From Candidatus Kapaibacterium sp. (GTDB lineage: Bacteria > Bacteroidota > Ignavibacteria > Kapaibacteriales > UBA2268): DNA of 64,000 bases. Below, in pieces: positions 19,827 through 29,936 of this stretch (positions are counted from its first letter, which is position 1; each line of letters starts with the position of its first letter). Position numbers and translations under genes: made by a program. Below the pieces are notes generated by a model. The model ran no database searches and was not told the origin of the DNA. It worked only from the letters and a program-made list of their open reading frames with translations. The stretch is from the NCBI GenBank assembly GCA_963665665.1, contig OY762428.1, positions 4,512,001-4,576,000 of the forward strand, in the 5' to 3' direction.

Positions 19827-21002
19827 ATGCAAAATAACTTAGATTTTATAACGGATAAAAAGCAGTTAGTATTGCTTGTTGACGATGTAGTTAAAAATCT
19901 TCAGCATGCGGGCAAAGTACTGATGGATGTCGGCTATGAGATATCCGTAGCTACAGATGGCTACCAGGCTCTGGATATTCTGAAAAAAATAACCCCTGAT
20001 TTGATCCTTCTGGATATTGTAATGCCAAATATGGATGGCTATGAAGTATGCCGAAGAATTAAAGAACAAACTCACCTGAAGGATATTCCGATTATTTTCT
20101 TTTCATCGAAAAAAGAATCGGAAGATATTGTACAGGGATTTGAGATAGGGGGAGTTGATTATATAAAAAAACCTGTAAAAAAAGGGGAATTAGTTGTCAG
20201 GGTTAAAAATCATCTGGAATTGAAAAAAGCCCGCGATCATATAATGAAACAAAACCGGAAACTTGAGATGCTTAATCAATCCAAGGATGAATTTCTGGAG
20301 ATAGCTGCTCATGACCTCAAAGATCCGCTATCATCGATAGTTGGCAATATCGAGATTTTAAAAACTCATAAACTGACTTTGACAGATCAGGAAATGGACG
20401 AATATTTTGATAAAATCGATAATGCTGCCAGATCTAGCGTTCAGATTATATCAGACCTTCTGGACATCAATGCTCTTGATGACGGAAAGCTGAAACTAAC
20501 GATCAAGGCAGTGAATATTGATATGATGATTAAGAAAAAAATTAAGGAATACGCTGCTATTACTAAGAAAAAGCGTATAACAATACTTTTCAGAAAAGGG
20601 GCAAAGGAATCACTTGTTCTCGGTGACGAAGAAAAAGTTGAACAGGTTCTGGATAATTTGATTTCCAATGCCGTGAAGTATTCACCATTCTATAAAGCTG
20701 TTATTATTGAAAGTAAATCAACAGTACCGGATGAAAAGAATGATAAATCCGGTCTTGAAATTGCAATAAGTGACGAAGGTCCCGGAATAAAAGAGGAAGA
20801 TATTCCTAAATTGTTCCAGAGATTTGCAAAATTGTCAAATAGTCCGGAAAGAGAAGAAACGTCAACAGGCCTTGGGCTTTCGATAGTTAAAAGACTAATT
20901 GAAGAGATGGATGGCAAAGTATGGTGCGAATCAAATAAAAAATTGAGTAAAAAGGGCACTACATTCAAGTTTACCCTGCCAACTGTTGCTGTAGGTTCTT
21001 AA
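19827..21002 (+). CDS. Hybrid receiver-histidine kinase (REC-HisKA-HATPase)
   Basis: LVDD, LLDIVMP..DG, KP receiver motifs; AHDLKDP, NLISNAVKYS, DEGPG, TGLGLS. Confidence 0.92.
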   Translation: MQNNLDFITDKKQLVLLVDDVVKNLQHAGKVLMDVGYEISVATDGYQALDILKKITPDLILLDIVMPNMDGYEVCRRIKEQTHLKDIPIIFFSSKKESEDIVQGFEIGGVDYIKKPVKKGELVVRVKNHLELKKARDHIMKQNRKLEMLNQSKDEFLEIAAHDLKDPLSSIVGNIEILKTHKLTLTDQEMDEYFDKIDNAARSSVQIISDLLDINALDDGKLKLTIKAVNIDMMIKKKIKEYAAITKKKRITILFRKGAKESLVLGDEEKVEQVLDNLISNAVKYSPFYKAVIIESKSTVPDEKNDKSGLEIAISDEGPGIKEEDIPKLFQRFAKLSNSPEREETSTGLGLSIVKRLIEEMDGKVWCESNKKLSKKGTTFKFTLPTVAVGS

Positions 21003-21050
21003 TAAAATACTTATACTAAAACCTGTTTCTTCGAGACAGGTTTGCTATTT

Positions 21051-21845
21051 ATGAAAAAAGAAATAAAATATACAGTTCTTGGTTCCGGTACTTCTTCCGG
21101 CATACCTACTATCGGGTGTAAATGTCCTACATGCACATCAGATGATATTAATGACAAAAGATTAAGGTGCTCCCTTCTGGTGGAATCAGCTAATACAAGG
21201 GTTGTTATTGATTCCGGCCCGGATTTCCGCCAACAGATGCTGAAATACAATGTAGATAAATTGGATGCTGTTGTATACACACATCATCATTTCGATCATA
21301 TAGGCGGGTTCGATGACATAAGGGCCTTTAATTACCATACCCGCAAACCAATGCCCCTTTTTATCGACAGGAAAACCCTTACCGAACTGAAGCGAACATT
21401 TATATATGCATTCGAAACTCCGGAGCAAATGGGGGGCGGAGTGCCACTTATTGATATTAACCTGATTGATGAAAAAGAATTTTTTGTAAAGGATCTGAAA
21501 TTTCTTCCTATTCCACTTTGTCATGGGAAGTTGAATGTTTTGGGTTTCAGGATCGGGGATCTGGCTTATTGTACGGATACAAATAATATACCTGACAGAT
21601 CATATAAACTGCTTGAGGATTTGGATGTTTTGATTATTGACGCATTAAGATATACTGATCATTCCACACATTTCAACCTGGAGCAGGCTGTTGCTGAAAT
21701 TGAAAAGATAAGCCCCAAAATGGCATATCTTACACATATTGCTCACCAGATCAAGCACAAGGAATGTGAAGCGAAACTACCAGGAAACATACGAATTGCA
21801 TATGATGGATTAACACTGTATTCAAAAAGGAGTGCTAATGGCTGA
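21051..21845 (+). CDS. MBL-fold metallohydrolase, PhnP/YycJ-like phosphodiesterase
   Basis: LGSGTSSGIP..GC.C..C, IDSGPDFRQQ, THHHFDH. Confidence 0.85.
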   Translation: MKKEIKYTVLGSGTSSGIPTIGCKCPTCTSDDINDKRLRCSLLVESANTRVVIDSGPDFRQQMLKYNVDKLDAVVYTHHHFDHIGGFDDIRAFNYHTRKPMPLFIDRKTLTELKRTFIYAFETPEQMGGGVPLIDINLIDEKEFFVKDLKFLPIPLCHGKLNVLGFRIGDLAYCTDTNNIPDRSYKLLEDLDVLIIDALRYTDHSTHFNLEQAVAEIEKISPKMAYLTHIAHQIKHKECEAKLPGNIRIAYDGLTLYSKRSANG

Positions 21846-22269
21846 CTACAGCGTAAAAATTATTACAGAATACCTCGGAGACCTTAGTTGCGAAATTACT
21901 CACGAGCCTTCCGGGAAAAAATTTTTAACCGATGCTCCCCTGGATAATAAAGGAAAAGCAAGATATATTTCTCCTACTGATCTTGCAGTGGCCTCTATCA
22001 GCTCCTGTGTTATTACAATTATGGGAATAGTTGCCAATAATAACGGTATTGATATTGACGGAATGAAAATTACTGCCGAGAAATTCATGGTTAATGAGCC
22101 TTTCAGAAGAATAGGAGCAATTAATCTTGAAATTTCATTCCCTGACGAACTTAGTGAAAAGGAATTCTCAATGCTTTCCAATGTTGTTAAAACATGCCCT
22201 GTTACCAGAAGTCTCAGCAAAGAGGTAACAATTAGTTATACTTTTTTGGTGGCAGGTGTGAAAAAGTAA
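21838..22269 (+). CDS. OsmC-family protein
   Basis: TDAP.DN.G...SPTDL...SC and CPV; overlaps the upstream stop. Confidence 0.85.
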   Translation: MADYSVKIITEYLGDLSCEITHEPSGKKFLTDAPLDNKGKARYISPTDLAVASISSCVITIMGIVANNNGIDIDGMKITAEKFMVNEPFRRIGAINLEISFPDELSEKEFSMLSNVVKTCPVTRSLSKEVTISYTFLVAGVKK

Positions 22270-22339
22270 TAGAATTATTAAATATTAAGAAAATTTGTTA
22301 TCTTTATTAAATTGTTTTCACCAGATTTTCGGAAAAAAA

Positions 22340-23734
22340 ATGAAAATATTTGAATGTGTTGCAATTGTATTTTTCGTATCTATTCATTTTTTGTGTGCCC
22401 AACAGAATGCTGATAAATTTATCAGTCAGGCTAATAAATTTGTTGGACTGAACGAGCATGACAGAGCTGTTGAGGAATATACAAAGGCTCTTGAAATTGA
22501 CCCCGAAAACGCTGATGTTTATTACAGAAGAGGAAATTCCTATCTGAGAATGAATAAACTTACGGAAGCAAGAGAAGACTACCGTGCTGTTCTGAAATTG
22601 GAACAATGCCATGCAAAGGCTTTAAATAATCTGGGAATATCATATTATCTTTTACCCGATTTTGAAAAGGCTATACCTTTTTTTAAAAAATCAATGGAAT
22701 GCGACCCGTCTTATACCAATGCAATTAACAATCTTGGCCTTTGCTATCATGAAACCGGAAGGTTCAAAGAAGCAATCGAGATATTTTCAAAATCAGCTGA
22801 AGTCGATCCTTCGAATCCAAAAGCTTTTACAAAAAGGGGAAATGTATATTTTTCAATGGGTCTGCCGGATTCTGCAATAAGTGATTTTACCACAGGTATA
22901 GCCCTTGCTCCTGAAGACTGGGATAACTACTATTACCGTGGGCTTGCATATTTTACAAAAATGCTGTACAGCGCTGCAATTCCCGATCTTACAAAGTCTT
23001 TTGATTTAAATCCGCAGAATATTGAAGCTTTAAAGAAAAGGGCGATGGCAAATATTTATTTGCGCAATTTTGATTCTGCAATGAATGATTTTGACAGATT
23101 AGTGCAATTAAATCCGGATAACCCTGATTATTATATCGACAGGGGGTTGGCTTACAAAACCCTTAGTAATCCGGATTCGGCTATTATTGATTTTAACAAA
23201 GCCTTGGAACTTGACCCGAAGAAAGTAGGAGCACTTTATAATCGAGGCCTGACAAATTATAGCCTTGGTAAATTCAGTTCGGCAATTGATGATTTCAGCA
23301 AAGCAATTGAACTTAATCCAAAAAATCATGAGCTTTATTTCAACCGGGCTATTGCATATACTGACGCGAGGCTTACTGATTCTGCCCTGAATGATTATAA
23401 TGAAGCTATTGAAATTGACACCAATTATATTGATGCCCTAATAAATCGTGCATTCCTGCTGTCAAATAAAGGAGATTACCAAAAGGCTGTTGATGATTGT
23501 GACCGAGTCTTTTCAATTGTTCTTTCTTTGCCTTCAGCTATTGTTAGGGAAGTTGCTTTCCCTTATTTTATCAGGGGGGTGTCTTATCACGGACTTAAAG
23601 AATTTGATATGGCAGCAAGCGATTATGAGAAGTTTATTGAGCTGGCAGAAGGACAAAATGCTTTCAATAAACAGCTAAAAATAGCTAAGAGAAATCTGAA
23701 AATTATCAAGGATAATAAACCTAAAGAAGATTAA
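22340..23734 (+). CDS. Secreted TPR-repeat protein
   Basis: Signal peptide from ATG 22340 and about 11-12 34-aa TPRs. Confidence 0.85.
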   Translation: MKIFECVAIVFFVSIHFLCAQQNADKFISQANKFVGLNEHDRAVEEYTKALEIDPENADVYYRRGNSYLRMNKLTEAREDYRAVLKLEQCHAKALNNLGISYYLLPDFEKAIPFFKKSMECDPSYTNAINNLGLCYHETGRFKEAIEIFSKSAEVDPSNPKAFTKRGNVYFSMGLPDSAISDFTTGIALAPEDWDNYYYRGLAYFTKMLYSAAIPDLTKSFDLNPQNIEALKKRAMANIYLRNFDSAMNDFDRLVQLNPDNPDYYIDRGLAYKTLSNPDSAIIDFNKALELDPKKVGALYNRGLTNYSLGKFSSAIDDFSKAIELNPKNHELYFNRAIAYTDARLTDSALNDYNEAIEIDTNYIDALINRAFLLSNKGDYQKAVDDCDRVFSIVLSLPSAIVREVAFPYFIRGVSYHGLKEFDMAASDYEKFIELAEGQNAFNKQLKIAKRNLKIIKDNKPKED

Positions 23735-23739
23735 TTTTT

Positions 23740-25233
23740 ATGAGTATTTTTAAATTTAAAATTCCGTTACATACACAGATATTAATTGCCCTTATTGCAG
23801 GCGCTGCATTTGGGGCTTTTTTTAATGTTGGCCATGATACCCTTATAATTAATTACAATAAAAAGGGTGAACTACTTGAAGAAACTATCGAAAAATGGGA
23901 TAAAATTGTTTTCGAAGGCCGGGAAAATGAAAAAGTGTTCTATGCTGATGAGCAGACTGCAATATTGAAGCATTTTAAAAAAATTGAAAAGAAAAAAGAT
24001 ATTGTTATTGAAGTTCATAAAGCAGTAGAAGTTAATACATATACCGAAGTGATAACGATGGCTAAGGAGAAAACCATAGCAACAGCTATAAAGCCCTTAG
24101 GAAACATTTTTATCCGTTTGCTTAGTTTCCTGGCCATACCTCTTGTTATCGCAACCCTGATAGTCGGGGCTGCCTCACTGAAGGATATTCGCAAGCTTGG
24201 CAGGGTTGGTGGGAAAACATTCGGCATATATATTATAACAACTGCTATTGCTATAAGTATAGGCCTTGGCGCTGCCAATATTATCAAGCCGGGTGAAAAA
24301 GTATCCGTACAGGCCAAAGAAAGGCTTATGGGAACATACCAGGATGACAGCCCGGGAGATATTGACGAGGAGATGGGGATAGATATTCTTGATTTTCTCG
24401 TGCAGATAGTACCGAAGAATCCGATAAATGCAATGGCCGACGGACGTATGCTTCAAATTGTATTCTTTGCTGTATTTTTCGGAATAACCCTCACTTTAAT
24501 TGATAAGTCCAAATCTGATCCTGTGATCAGGCTTTTTGACGGTATAAGTGATGTTATGATCAAGATGGTTGACGTGATTATGCTTCTTGCTCCTTACGGG
24601 GTTTTTGCACTTATTGCAGCCACCGTTGCCGATTTTGGTTTTGATATATTGCAAACCCTTGTCTGGTACATGGGAGCGGTTATACTTGGCCTTGCACTTC
24701 AAACTTTTATTGTTTATCCCGCCCTACTGAAATTTGTCGGGAAGTCCGGGCCAATTAAATATTTCAAAGCCATGAGAAATGCCCAGGCGATAGCGTTCAG
24801 TTCAAGCTCTTCGGCTGCTACATTGCCGGTAACACTCGATGCAGTTGAAAATAAACTTGGTATTCCGAAGCAAATAGCCGGATTCGTCCTCCCGCTGGGT
24901 GCCACTATAAATATGGACGGTACGGCACTTTACCAGGGAGTCGCTGCTGTTTTTATAGCCCAGGTATATGGGATGGACCTTACAATGGCAGAGCAGCTAA
25001 CAATTGTTCTTACTGCTGTTTTAGCTTCAATCGGAACAGCACCTGTTCCGGGAGTAGGTATAATTATGCTTGTTATCATTCTGCAGTCCGTGAATATTCC
25101 CCCCGAGGGAATTGCGCTTATTCTGGGTGTTGACAGGCTTTTGGATATGTGCCGCACTGTAACAAATGTTACAGGAGATGGTGCTGTGGCAGTAACAATT
25201 GCCGGGACTGAAAAAAAATATAATTCTCTTTAA
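23740..25233 (+). CDS. Dicarboxylate/amino acid:cation symporter (DAACS, GltP-like)
   Basis: FSSSSSAATLP, LPLGATINMDGTA, GVDRLLDMCRT. Confidence 0.93.
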   Translation: MSIFKFKIPLHTQILIALIAGAAFGAFFNVGHDTLIINYNKKGELLEETIEKWDKIVFEGRENEKVFYADEQTAILKHFKKIEKKKDIVIEVHKAVEVNTYTEVITMAKEKTIATAIKPLGNIFIRLLSFLAIPLVIATLIVGAASLKDIRKLGRVGGKTFGIYIITTAIAISIGLGAANIIKPGEKVSVQAKERLMGTYQDDSPGDIDEEMGIDILDFLVQIVPKNPINAMADGRMLQIVFFAVFFGITLTLIDKSKSDPVIRLFDGISDVMIKMVDVIMLLAPYGVFALIAATVADFGFDILQTLVWYMGAVILGLALQTFIVYPALLKFVGKSGPIKYFKAMRNAQAIAFSSSSSAATLPVTLDAVENKLGIPKQIAGFVLPLGATINMDGTALYQGVAAVFIAQVYGMDLTMAEQLTIVLTAVLASIGTAPVPGVGIIMLVIILQSVNIPPEGIALILGVDRLLDMCRTVTNVTGDGAVAVTIAGTEKKYNSL

Positions 25234-25318
25234 ATTCAGATATTTAGCAAATACTGTTCATTATTGTGGAAAAAAAGTATTGGGCAGAAAGCGTAAAAAA
25301 TCATATCTTTGAAGTCTT

Positions 25319-25409
<91 letters not shown>

Positions 25410-25417
25410 CAAAAAAA

Positions 25418-25452
25418 TAAGCCTTTGTAATATAATAATTTACAAAGGCTTA
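25418..25452. terminator. Perfect 13-bp hairpin after tRNA-Ser (terminator, with TAA-N9-TTA core)
   Basis: TAAGCCTTTGTAA-tataataat-TTACAAAGGCTTA flanked by A and T runs. Confidence 0.6.
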
Positions 25453-25694
25453 ATTATTTTTACTTAGTCATTCCATTAACTTTTCTGGTACATTGTTTGG
25501 GCCCAGTATTAAACTCAAGGATTTGGCGAAAAGTTTCGATAATTACAACCCCGAAGCAAGCTTCGGGGTATCAATCATGAAAATTGCAATTGAAGCGAAG
25601 CAGCTTCGGGGAATTTACCCATAGCGATTAAAAAGGAAATAGTTTTCATCGGCATCGTCCTGCCCCGATGCATTCTTCGAGAGTAGTATTTAGG

Positions 25695-26355
25695 AAAAAA
25701 AAGCTCCCTGAAAAAAATCAGAGAGCCTTTGCTCTGTTGTGCGGAAGAAGTGACGGACTCTTCCGCCCGTTGGCATCGACCCTCTTCGCAAGCATTTCGG
25801 ACAGAATTGTACATAAATAAAAAAAAACCTGAAAAAAATCAGAGAGCCTTTGTTCTGATGTGCGGAAGAAGTGACGGACTCTTACGCCCGTTGGTATCGA
25901 CCCTCTTCGTAAGCATTTCGGACAGAATTGTACATAAATAAAAAAAAGCCCCCTGAAAAAAATCAGAGAGCCTTTGCTCTGTTGTGCGGAAGAAGTGACG
26001 GACTCTTCCGCCCGTTGGCATCGACCCTCTTCGCAAGTATTTCGGACAGAATTGTACATAAATAAAAAAAAGCCCCCTGAAAAAAATCAGAGAGCCTTTG
26101 CTCTGTTGTGCGGAAGAAGTGACGGACTCTTATGCCCGTTGGCATCGATCCTCTTCGCAAGCATTTCGGACAGAATTGTACATAAATAAAAAAAGCTCCC
26201 TGAAAAAAATCAGAGAGCCTTTGCTCTGTTGTGCGGAAGAAGGGACGGACTCTTACGCCCGTTAGCATCGACCCTCTTCGCAAGCATTTCGGACAGAATT
26301 GTACATAAATAAAAAAAAGCCCCCTGAAAAAATTCAGAGAGCCTTTGCTCTGTTG
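25695..26355 (-). repeat. Tandem array of five ~121-124-bp units derived from the tRNA-Leu 3' half plus its terminator
   Basis: The anchor CAGAGAGCC occurs at 25719, 25840, 25964, 26088, 26211 and 26335. Each unit has ...CCAACGGGCG(T/G)AAG...CTTCTTCCGCACAAC, matching the tRNA-Leu variable arm, T arm and acceptor. Confidence 0.95.
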
Positions 26356-26438
26356 TGCGGAAGAAGGGACTTGAACCCTTACGCCCGTTGGGCACCACCC
26401 CCTCAAGATGGCGCGTCTACCAATTCCGCCACTTCCGC
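26356..26438 (-). tRNA. tRNA-Leu(GAG)
   Basis: Acceptor GCGGAAG/CTTCCGC-A; anticodon arm CCATC-TTGAGGG-GGTGG; variable arm GCCC-AAC-GGGC; GTTCAAGT. Confidence 0.95.
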
Positions 26439-26473
26439 TTGAGTGTTTTTCACTTCGTTTGTCAAAGAGAGTA

Positions 26474-26505
26474 CAAATATACGGGGGAAAATATTTATGC
26501 GCAAG
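26474..26505 (-). promoter_or_regulatory. Bacteroidetes-type promoter for tRNA-Leu and its repeat array
   Basis: Minus strand CTTG-N20-TATATTTG. Confidence 0.5.
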
Positions 26506-26626
26506 TATTTTTTTTAAATTGATAAAAAAATTTATTTATAGATTTTTACAACTTAATTATTTGTATATCAAATAATGATTTGCTATCAAAAAATAATTCT
26601 TTTATGAAATTTATAAAATATTTTTC

Positions 26627-26657
26627 TTTGAAAATTCAGAAATCTTCCTTAATTTTG
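26627..26657 (+). promoter_or_regulatory. Bacteroidetes-type promoter for tRNA-Cys-efp
   Basis: TTTG-N19-TAATTTTG. Confidence 0.6.
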
Positions 26658-26665
26658 AATTCTTT

Positions 26666-26736
26666 GGTGCCGTAGCCAAGTGGTTAGGCAGCGGTCTGCA
26701 AAACCGCGAACGCCGGTTCGAATCCGGCCGGCACCT
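26666..26736 (+). tRNA. tRNA-Cys(GCA)
   Basis: Acceptor GGTGCCG/CGGCACC-U; anticodon arm GCGGT-CTGCAAA-ACCGC. Confidence 0.95.
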
Positions 26737-26772
26737 CATTTTTGTTTTATAAACTATATCATGGTAAGAGAT

Positions 26773-27330
26773 ATGGCATCAGAATTCAGAACTGGCGCTA
26801 TTATTAAATACAATAACGAAAATTGTGTAATTGTTGAACACGTTCACGTTACTCCCGGCAAAGGGCCGGCTCACCATCAGCTGAAACTCAGGAATATGAG
26901 AACCGGCAGGATTGTGGAAGCCAGGATGCGCCCCGGCGAAAAAGTAGAATTTGTAAGAGTTGAGCACCACGACTATCAGTACCTTTATAACGATGGCGAT
27001 ACTCTTTATTTCATGAATATGGAAAATTACGAGCAAGTACCCGTTCCGATAGAAATGATCGGCGACGACCTGAAATTCATGAAAGAAAATCAGGAAGTAA
27101 AAATTGCTTTCGAAGGTGAAGAACTTCTTAGCGTGGAAATGCCCCCGAATGTAACACTTGAGGTAACTCATACGGAACCGGGGCTTAAGGGTGATACAGC
27201 TACTAATGCTATGAAACCCTCTACAGTTGAAACCGGCGCTCAGGTAAACGTTCCGCTCTTTATCAACGAAGGTGATTTAATAAAAGTTGATACTCGCACG
27301 GGCGATTATTTAGAAAGAGTAAAACAGTAA
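26773..27330 (+). CDS. efp: Elongation factor P
   Basis: HVTPGKG loop, YLY.DG..FM.E.YEQ, EPGLKGDTA, ETGA.V.VPLFI.EG..KVDTR.G.Y. The ORF-track start overlaps tRNA-Cys, so ATG 26773 (or 26761) is used. Confidence 0.95.
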   Translation: MASEFRTGAIIKYNNENCVIVEHVHVTPGKGPAHHQLKLRNMRTGRIVEARMRPGEKVEFVRVEHHDYQYLYNDGDTLYFMNMENYEQVPVPIEMIGDDLKFMKENQEVKIAFEGEELLSVEMPPNVTLEVTHTEPGLKGDTATNAMKPSTVETGAQVNVPLFINEGDLIKVDTRTGDYLERVKQ

Positions 27331-27424
27331 CTCTGAAAATTATTTTTATTGTCAGGCATAATTTTTTGCTTATATTAAAAGCTGAAATTATGCCTTTTTT
27401 GTATGTATAAATTTAGGCTTTATT

Positions 27425-27934
27425 ATGGATCTTAAACAACTAAAAAGAATTTTGGAGCTTTTTGATGGCAGCAAAGCCACTGAACTGACAATTGAATCCG
27501 AGGGCCTTAAATTAAAAATGGCCAAGCATAACAAAAACGTTGTTATTAAAGAACAGACACAGTCTATGCCTGTTGTTCAGCAAATGCCTGTTCCTGCTGC
27601 GTCATCTGTTGAAACTATCCCGGCCGAACCGGCTTCTGTAACAGTCGAAAACTTACAACCGACGCAGGCCACCAGCGAAGCGGCAGTCGGAGAATTTTAT
27701 ATTTTAAAATCCCCTATTGTCGGAACATTCTACCGCTCTCCTTCACCAGATGCTGCTCCTTTTGTGGAAGTAGGTACTAAAGTGCAAGCTGGTACAACAC
27801 TTTGTATTGTGGAAGCTATGAAGCTTATGAATGAAATTGAAAGCGATATTAGCGGTACAATTGAAAAAATTGTTATTGAAAACGGACAGCCCGTAGAATT
27901 CGACGAGGCATTATTCTATATTAAACCGGATTAG
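27425..27934 (+). CDS. accB: Acetyl-CoA carboxylase biotin carboxyl carrier protein
   Basis: [13 protein letters not shown] and the EAMKLMNEI biotinylation motif. Confidence 0.95.
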   Translation: MDLKQLKRILELFDGSKATELTIESEGLKLKMAKHNKNVVIKEQTQSMPVVQQMPVPAASSVETIPAEPASVTVENLQPTQATSEAAVGEFYILKSPIVGTFYRSPSPDAAPFVEVGTKVQAGTTLCIVEAMKLMNEIESDISGTIEKIVIENGQPVEFDEALFYIKPD

Positions 27935-28009
27935 TTTTTCTTATCTATTGTTCAAAAATTACCTGTTAAACAGCAGGTAATTATTTGTATTTGAAATCAA
28001 GGTGAAATA

Positions 28010-29353
28010 ATGATAAAAAAAATCCTGATAGCAAACAGGGGCGAAATAGCATTAAGAATTATTCGTGCCTGCCGCGAACTTGGAATTAAAACGGTAGCGG
28101 TTTATTCAAAGGCGGATGAAGTTTCACTTCATGTGAAATTCGCGGATGAAGCCGTATGTATTGGCCCGGCTCCGAGCACCCAAAGCTACCTGAACGTGCG
28201 CAGTATTATAGCTGCTGCTGAAATTACCAATGCTGATGCAATCCATCCCGGCTATGGATTTCTTGCCGAAAATGATGCATTCGTTGATATGTGCAATGAT
28301 CATAATATTGTATTTATAGGCCCGAGTGCTGATGCTATAAGAAGGATGGGGAATAAAGCAGTTGCAAAGGAAACAATGAAAAATGCCGGAGTACCGGTTG
28401 TTCCCGGTAGCGATGGTGTTCTTGCCGACATGAAGGATGCTAAAGAAACAGCAGGCAGGATAGGGTATCCATGTTTGTTAAAGGCCGTTGCAGGTGGTGG
28501 AGGCAAAGGTATGCGCATCGTAAACAACGATGATGATATGAAAAAATATTTTGATATGACCAGGAATGAAGCAGCAGTATCATTTAATAATCCTGACGTC
28601 TATCTTGAAAAGCTTGTTCAGGGGTCCAGGCACATTGAAATCCAGATCATCGGCGACAGCTTCGGAAATGTCGTGCATCTTAACGAAAGAGAATGCTCGC
28701 TTCAGCGTCGTCACCAGAAACTTATTGAGGAAGCGCCTTCACCGGTGGTTACAGAGTCTATTCGCGAAAGTATGGGGAGAGCAGCTGTTAACGGAGCAAA
28801 AGCTGTTAACTACTGTGGCCCCGGGACTATCGAATATATTGTTGATAAAGATATGAATTATTATTTCATGGAAATGAATACCAGGATACAGGTTGAGCAT
28901 CCTGTAACCGAGGAATCTTTAACAATAGATATCCTGAAAGAACAGATTCGTGTTGCTGCAGGGGAAAAACTTAGTTTTACTGAAAAACCACCGCTAATGC
29001 ACTCGATTGAATGCAGGATAAACGCTGAAGACCCATTTCATGATTTCAGGCCGTCACCGGGAGTAATTGAAAGTTTGCATTTTCCTGGCGGTCATGGAGT
29101 AAGGATTGACTCTCATGTTTTCCAGACGTACAGAATACCACCATTTTATGATTCATTGCTGGCAAAACTGATTACATTTGCTCCGACAAGGGACGGTGCA
29201 ATTGCAAAAATGCGCAGGGCATTGGATGAATTTGTTATCGAAGGTGTAAAAACCACCATACCTTTCCACAGGAAAATGATGGATAATCCTGATTTCATTG
29301 CAGGAAATATTGATACAAAGTATCTTGAGACTCACGACTGGCAAAATATTTAA
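28010..29353 (+). CDS. accC: Acetyl-CoA carboxylase biotin carboxylase
   Basis: [47 protein letters not shown]. Confidence 0.96.
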   Translation: MIKKILIANRGEIALRIIRACRELGIKTVAVYSKADEVSLHVKFADEAVCIGPAPSTQSYLNVRSIIAAAEITNADAIHPGYGFLAENDAFVDMCNDHNIVFIGPSADAIRRMGNKAVAKETMKNAGVPVVPGSDGVLADMKDAKETAGRIGYPCLLKAVAGGGGKGMRIVNNDDDMKKYFDMTRNEAAVSFNNPDVYLEKLVQGSRHIEIQIIGDSFGNVVHLNERECSLQRRHQKLIEEAPSPVVTESIRESMGRAAVNGAKAVNYCGPGTIEYIVDKDMNYYFMEMNTRIQVEHPVTEESLTIDILKEQIRVAAGEKLSFTEKPPLMHSIECRINAEDPFHDFRPSPGVIESLHFPGGHGVRIDSHVFQTYRIPPFYDSLLAKLITFAPTRDGAIAKMRRALDEFVIEGVKTTIPFHRKMMDNPDFIAGNIDTKYLETHDWQNI

Positions 29354-29471
29354 AAAATTCCGGACAAATATTGAAATATTTTTCTTTTATCATTTTTCAT
29401 TTGCGATTTTTATTATTAATTTGCTTAACGAATTGAAAAGAAATTTCTGAATTAATAAACGGAGTTAAGAG

Positions 29472-29849
29472 ATGAACTTCCCAGAAAATTTGAAGTACAC
29501 AGAAGACCACGAATGGGTAAAAGTTGAAGGAAATATTGCCACAATAGGAATCACAGAACACGCTGCCGGCGAACTTGGCGATGTTGTTTATGTTGATATT
29601 GACGAAGATCTTGAAACTGTTAGCAAGGGCGATACTCTCGGAACTATCGAAGCTGTAAAAACAGTTGCAGATCTTTTCACTCCGATTAGCGGTAATGTTA
29701 CGGAAGTTAATACAGATATTAACGACGCTCCTGAAATCGTGAACCAGAAACCTTATGATGACGGCTGGATGGTAAAAATCGAAATGAGCGACACTTCCGA
29801 ATTAGACGCATTGATGGATGGAGCAGCATACAAAGAATCAATCGGCTAA
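29472..29849 (+). CDS. gcvH: Glycine cleavage system H protein
   Basis: YT.DHEW, GIT..A..LGD.VY, and EAVK lipoyl lysine. Confidence 0.95.
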   Translation: MNFPENLKYTEDHEWVKVEGNIATIGITEHAAGELGDVVYVDIDEDLETVSKGDTLGTIEAVKTVADLFTPISGNVTEVNTDINDAPEIVNQKPYDDGWMVKIEMSDTSELDALMDGAAYKESIG

Positions 29850-29885
29850 ATGAAGAGAAAATTTCCCGGCATTGCCGGTTTATGG

Positions 29886-29909
29886 CCCGGGCTTGACCCG
29901 GGTTTTTTT
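29886..29909 (+). terminator. Rho-independent terminator after gcvH
   Basis: CCCGGG-cttga-CCCGGG followed by a T-run. Confidence 0.6.
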
Positions 29910-29936
29910 TATTAACAATATTATGGCAAAAGACAG

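Noticed and set aside
25695-26355. CRISPR array
   Set aside because: Whole ~124-bp units repeat with no unique spacers, they derive from the tRNA-Leu 3' end, and there are no cas genes in the window.
25575-26406. Several short ORFs in the ORF track
   Set aside because: They are translations of the tRNA-derived repeat and tRNA-Leu in multiple frames, with no RBS or protein features.
26680-26772. N-terminal extension of EF-P
   Set aside because: It overlaps tRNA-Cys; EF-P homology starts at about 26773.
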